From IMG/VR virus record IMGVR_UViG_3300029336_000005: DNA of 46,909 bases. One strand, 5' to 3'. Under the pieces are notes generated by a model. That model was not told where the DNA came from. It was given only the letters and a program-made list of their open reading frames with translations, and did no database searches. The position numbers were made by a program, and so were the translations under genes. How positions within the stretch are numbered: the stretch's first letter is position 1; each line of letters starts with the position of its first letter. Of the stretch, positions 43,344 to 46,909 are shown piece after piece. Source of the DNA: a virus.

Positions 43344-43658
43344 ATGAAAAAGTTATTTATTTCTCAGCCAATGATGGGAAAGACAGACGAGGAAATCCTT
43401 TCAGTAAGAGAAAAAGCAATCAAAAGCGCAGAGAAGCAGGTTGGTGAACCTGTAGAAGTAATTGATTCTTTCTTCCAGTCAGCACCAGTTGACGCAAAGC
43501 CACTCTGGTATCTGGGTGAATCCCTTAAACTTCTGGCAGAAGCTGATGTGGCGTTTTTCGCTAAAGGATGGGACGAAGCCAGAGGATGCAAGATTGAGAA
43601 TACTTGCGCTATCGAGTATGGCATTGAGACCATTATTGAAGATTATACGGAGGGTTAA
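43344..43658 (+). CDS. Nucleoside 2-deoxyribosyltransferase-like (DUF4406-type) protein
   Basis: MKKLFISQPMMGKTDEEI ... ADVAFFAKGWDEARGCKIE pattern. Confidence 0.45.
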   Translation: MKKLFISQPMMGKTDEEILSVREKAIKSAEKQVGEPVEVIDSFFQSAPVDAKPLWYLGESLKLLAEADVAFFAKGWDEARGCKIENTCAIEYGIETIIEDYTEG

Positions 43659-43660
43659 AG

Positions 43661-43930
43661 ATGGACATTTCAACACTTGGCTCATGCATAGCAATCGTTA
43701 TGATATGCTACATCGTAGGAATGGGCTGCAAAGCATCAAAGAGAATCTCTGATGAATGGATTCCGGTAATCATGGCGGTTATTGGTGGAATTCTCGGAGC
43801 GGTCGGGATGGGAGTTATCCCGGATTTTCCGGCAACGGACTATATCACAGCAGTTGCGGTCGGTATGTTTAACGGATTGTCGGCTACTGGTGTGAATCAG
43901 GTTATTAAGCAGGCAACGCAGAAAGAATAA
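43661..43930 (+). CDS. Small two/three-TM protein, holin candidate
   Basis: TMs LGSCIAIVMICYIVGMG, WIPVIMAVIGGILGAVGMGVI and ITAVAVGMFNGLSATG, with a charged C-terminus KQATQKE. Confidence 0.45.
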   Translation: MDISTLGSCIAIVMICYIVGMGCKASKRISDEWIPVIMAVIGGILGAVGMGVIPDFPATDYITAVAVGMFNGLSATGVNQVIKQATQKE

Positions 43931-43946
43931 TTAAGGAGAGGATATC

Positions 43947-44408
43947 ATGTATTCATCTAATATTACACTTTTTAACTATTACGAAAGTGCCACAACAAGA
44001 GATGCGTACTGGTATCCTCATGTACTATCTGGTGTTGACCTCATTACGGACAAAGGGGCAATCCTTAAAAAGTACGGACCAGATGCAACAGACAACGCAC
44101 AGTTGCACATCCGTTACACTGTCCAGAATGGCGATATAACCATTACTGATAGAGACGGTAAGATTCTCCCATGGGTGCCGCCTAAAGAGTGGAAACAGCA
44201 GATCAACAACGCTCTAGAGGATACTATCACATTCTCAGATGAATCGTTCTTCTGGGAGGGCGAGTGGACTGGTGGGACGGTAACTGATGGTGATTATCGG
44301 AACGGATTCTATCAGTACATGAACGAGAACAAGGATAATGTGTTCAAGATTACCAGTGTAGGTGGTCCGTACACACTGATTCCACACTTTGAGATTTTGG
44401 GTAAGTAA
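43947..44408 (+). CDS. Putative head-tail joining/neck protein
   Basis: Call is by position only (between connector and neck genes). Confidence 0.35.
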   Translation: MYSSNITLFNYYESATTRDAYWYPHVLSGVDLITDKGAILKKYGPDATDNAQLHIRYTVQNGDITITDRDGKILPWVPPKEWKQQINNALEDTITFSDESFFWEGEWTGGTVTDGDYRNGFYQYMNENKDNVFKITSVGGPYTLIPHFEILGK

Positions 44409-44409
44409 T

Positions 44410-44901
44410 ATGAGCAAGATTCATCATTTCAAAGGATTCTCCGTAGTTAATGGAGATATGAAAATCAAGTTAAATATGGATAGATTTTCCAGACAGTACC
44501 AAGAAGCCCAGTACCTCCTTGATGGAATGGTCATGGACAGTATGGTTCCGTTTATGCCGATGATCTCAGGAGATTTTATTGACCGAACAAGAGCCAAAAG
44601 TACATCATTGCAAGGAACTGGATTTGTATGTGCTGCGGCTGCTCCTTATGGACGCTTTTTGTATGAGGGGAAAGGAATGGTTGACGAAGCAACTGGAAGC
44701 CCCTATGCAAGACGTGGAGCAAAGAAAGTACTTGTCAGTCAGTTTTCTGGCCGGACATCCGCAAAAGAGAATCTTGAATACACCAAACAGGCTCACCCAC
44801 GGGCGCAAGCAAAGTGGTTCGATGCCGCTAAACGACAATACGGTAGCACATGGATTCGCAAAGTAAAAGCACAGGCAGGAGGTGGCAGACATGGCGGATA
44901 A
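44410..44901 (+). CDS. Neck protein ('minor capsid protein' family of Sfi11-like phages)
   Basis: AAAPYGRFLYEGKG...AKWFDAAKRQYG, and position. Confidence 0.45.
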   Translation: MSKIHHFKGFSVVNGDMKIKLNMDRFSRQYQEAQYLLDGMVMDSMVPFMPMISGDFIDRTRAKSTSLQGTGFVCAAAAPYGRFLYEGKGMVDEATGSPYARRGAKKVLVSQFSGRTSAKENLEYTKQAHPRAQAKWFDAAKRQYGSTWIRKVKAQAGGGRHGG

Positions 44902-45391
44902 ACCTATCGGCAAAGATGCAACCGGATATGAGATTCTGACAGATGCCATGAAAGCACTTCTGAACCAGTATCCGGGACTATATGAAAATGAGACAATCAA
45001 ATTTGAGGAACTTGGCAAAGAATCTGGAATTGCGTTCTCAGCAGATAACGGGGCATTGATTTATTCAGAAAAAGAAGATGTCTGTGGAACAATGCATCAG
45101 GTATGCCAGTATCCATTTTATGTAGTATATCGCACGGCATCCGACAAGGAAAGGCAGAAGCTATCTGTTCAGAAGTTCCTTGATAACCTCGGTAAATGGA
45201 TATGTCGAGAACCAGTTATTATAAATGGCTCTGAGACACGTTTAAATGCGTTTCCCGAGCTTTCACAGGGGCGAGTGATAAAACGTATCACCCGTGATAA
45301 CTCCTATGGCTTAGAACCGCAGGAGAACGGCGTACAGGATTGGTTATTACCATTGTCAGTACGCTACGAAAACACTTATGAAGTAATCTAA
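44891..45391 (+). CDS. Neck / tail-completion protein ('minor capsid protein' family)
   Basis: Position directly upstream of the major tail gene. ATG follows aggaggtg. Confidence 0.4.
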   Translation: MADKPIGKDATGYEILTDAMKALLNQYPGLYENETIKFEELGKESGIAFSADNGALIYSEKEDVCGTMHQVCQYPFYVVYRTASDKERQKLSVQKFLDNLGKWICREPVIINGSETRLNAFPELSQGRVIKRITRDNSYGLEPQENGVQDWLLPLSVRYENTYEVI

Positions 45392-45470
45392 CAAGTAACA
45401 ACCGGCTATCAATCGGAGATAGCCGCTAACCTACACAGCCTTTAAAGTTATAGGCAGAAAGGACATTTCT

Positions 45471-45971
45471 ATGGCAGTTACAGGCAAGATTGACCGTAAA
45501 TATATGGCTCATTATATCGATGCAGGTTCCCTCTGCGGAGGACTGACACCGAAATATGAGCGCCTTGGAAAGGATCTGGAAGAGTACAATGTCGAACTCA
45601 ATCCAGATACTGAAACATCTAAAAACATTCTTGGAGAATCCACATTCAAACACAATGGCTATGAAGTTTCTTCTGACGCTGATCCGTTCTATGCAGATAC
45701 TACATCTGATCTGTTCACAGCATTACAGAAGATCGTAGACAACAGGTACAAAGACGACAACCTCAAGACAAAAGCAGTTGAGGTTCATCTCTGGACAGCA
45801 GCCACAGCAGGTAAGTACGAAGCATATCAGCAGGAGTGCTATGTTGTGCCGACCTCCTACGGCGGTGATACATCTGGCTATCAGATTCCATTTACCGTCA
45901 ACTATACTGGCGAACGTGTAAAAGGAAAATTTGATATCAGTTCCGGTACATTCACAGCCGACAGCGAATAA
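45471..45971 (+). CDS. Major tail protein
   Basis: 166 aa, lies before the chaperone pair and tape measure. Y.RLGKDLEEY...NP pattern. Confidence 0.65.
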   Translation: MAVTGKIDRKYMAHYIDAGSLCGGLTPKYERLGKDLEEYNVELNPDTETSKNILGESTFKHNGYEVSSDADPFYADTTSDLFTALQKIVDNRYKDDNLKTKAVEVHLWTAATAGKYEAYQQECYVVPTSYGGDTSGYQIPFTVNYTGERVKGKFDISSGTFTADSE

Positions 45972-45997
45972 GTGCATATACAAGGAGGATACGCTAA

Positions 45998-46423
45998 ATG
46001 GCAAAAGTAATTAATACCAAAATTGATGATGGAATTCTCATTTTTACATTCACAAATAATGAAGACGAAGTCTTTTCTTCTTTTAAACTGAACCCGACGG
46101 ACATCAATGTAGCAGCACGTGCAGAGGAACTGACAGAATATTTTGAGCAGCTCAAAGATTCTATTCAGAAAGTCACATCTGGTAAAGAGATGGCAGAGTT
46201 GAATAGACAGATTGAGGACAAAATCAACTACCTGCTCGGATATGAAGCATCAAAAGACCTGTTCAAAGAGCCGATCACGGCAACTACTGTATTCGGCAAT
46301 GGTCAGGTATTCGCTTATATTGTTCTTGATAAGATCGCAGAAGCAATCGCACCGGAAATCGAAAAGAGAAAAAAGAAAATGCAGGCAGCAGTCAATAAGT
46401 ATACGGAGAAGTATGCAAAATGA
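45998..46423 (+). CDS. Tail assembly chaperone (gpG-like)
   Basis: Acidic 141-aa protein between the major tail protein and the Gp15-like gene. Confidence 0.55.
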   Translation: MAKVINTKIDDGILIFTFTNNEDEVFSSFKLNPTDINVAARAEELTEYFEQLKDSIQKVTSGKEMAELNRQIEDKINYLLGYEASKDLFKEPITATTVFGNGQVFAYIVLDKIAEAIAPEIEKRKKKMQAAVNKYTEKYAK

Positions 46424-46909
46424 CCGCCTATGAGCTTCCCACCTCACTAAATATAAGTGGGGTGGATTTTTCTATCAGGACAGATTTCCGAGCGATCATT
46501 GATATTCTCATTGCTATGAATGACCCAGAGTTAGACGAACAGGCGAAAGCAGTTGTTATGCTACAGATCCTGTTTGAGGACTGGCAGAGTATACCGGCTG
46601 AATGTCTGGATGAAGCTTGTCAGAAAGCATCGGAGTTCATCGACTGCGGACAGTTGGACGATAATCCGAACCACCCGAAACCCCGTTTGATGGACTGGGA
46701 GCAGGATGGAGACATGATCGTGCCGGCTGTAAACAAGGTTGCCGGCAAAGAAATCAGAGCCGTACCGTATATGCACTGGTGGACGTTCTTCGGGTACTTT
46801 ATGGAGTCTGGCGAATGCCTATTCAACACAGTTGTTGGAATCCGGTCGAAAAAGGCAAAAGGTGAACGCCTGGACAAATGGGAAAAGAAATTCTATCAGG
46901 AAAACAAGA
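46420..46909 (+). CDS. N-terminal part of the Gp15-like tail assembly chaperone (continues at 1..206)
   Basis: ATGA overlap with the upstream gene. The ORF is open to the window end and in frame with 15..206 after circular closure. Confidence 0.7.
   Translation, partial: MTAYELPTSLNISGVDFSIRTDFRAIIDILIAMNDPELDEQAKAVVMLQILFEDWQSIPAECLDEACQKASEFIDCGQLDDNPNHPKPRLMDWEQDGDMIVPAVNKVAGKEIRAVPYMHWWTFFGYFMESGECLFNTVVGIRSKKAKGERLDKWEKKFYQENK
46787..46909. repeat. Terminal overlap, copy 2 (identical to 1-123)
   Basis: Same 123-nt string as the window start. Confidence 0.95.

Larger units (their letters stand above)
1..46909. mobile_element. Complete temperate siphovirus-type phage/prophage genome with lysogeny, replication, DNA-modification, packaging, head, tail and lysis modules
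   Basis: Integrase, CI-like repressor, terminase, portal, capsid, tape measure and endolysin are all present, and the contig ends overlap. Confidence 0.9.

Noticed and set aside
46369-46398. Slippery heptamer A-AAA-AAG in the correct phase near the end of the gpG-like chaperone gene. This would suggest a -1 frameshift fusion to the downstream Gp15-like ORF (G/GT-type).
   Set aside because: The -1 frame runs into a TAA at 46396-46398 before reaching the Gp15-like ORF. That ORF has its own ATG at 46420 (ATGA overlap), so no fusion product is possible from this site.

Overview
The window is a complete temperate siphovirus-type phage or prophage genome. Bases 1-123 are identical to 46787-46909, so the contig closes on itself with a unique length of 46786 bp. 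The host is probably a low-GC Gram-positive (Clostridia-like Firmicutes), judging from AGGAGG ribosome-binding sites, a GH25+CHAP endolysin and a LytTR regulator.

Gene order:
- Tail and lysis: tail chaperone (wraps the junction), tape measure, distal tail and host-specificity proteins, endolysin.
- Lysogeny: attP-like region, then integrase, a membrane OB-fold protein, a LytTR response regulator and a CI-like repressor, all on the minus strand.
- Early genes: divergent switch promoters with a ~410-nt leader, recombination and replication genes (Rad52-like SSAP, NinB-like, resolvase, initiator with internal iterons, DnaC-like loader), a C5-methyltransferase, a swarm of small Cys-rich genes and a radical-SAM gene.
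- Late genes: terminator, ParB-methylase, TerL with a TerS-like N-terminus, portal, a fibre-like insert, Mu-F-like minor head protein and a sigma-region-4-like protein.
- Accessory blocks: an antisense two-gene cassette, then a five-gene low-complexity cassette.
- Head and tail: structured leader plus tRNA(CAU), scaffold, capsid, connector and neck genes, major tail protein.

Most notable observations:
1. A 16-nt motif occurs three times at fixed spacing to extended -10 boxes. This looks like a phage-specific late promoter class.
2. An autonomously promoted, operator-bearing antisense cassette sits inside the late region.
3. A five-gene Q/N/G/Cys-rich cassette matches no family I recognise.
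4. An orphan LytTR response regulator sits in the lysogeny module.
5. There are two long non-coding, repeat-rich or structured regions, one of which ends in a tRNA.

All family names come from motif recognition by eye. No database search or folding was run.
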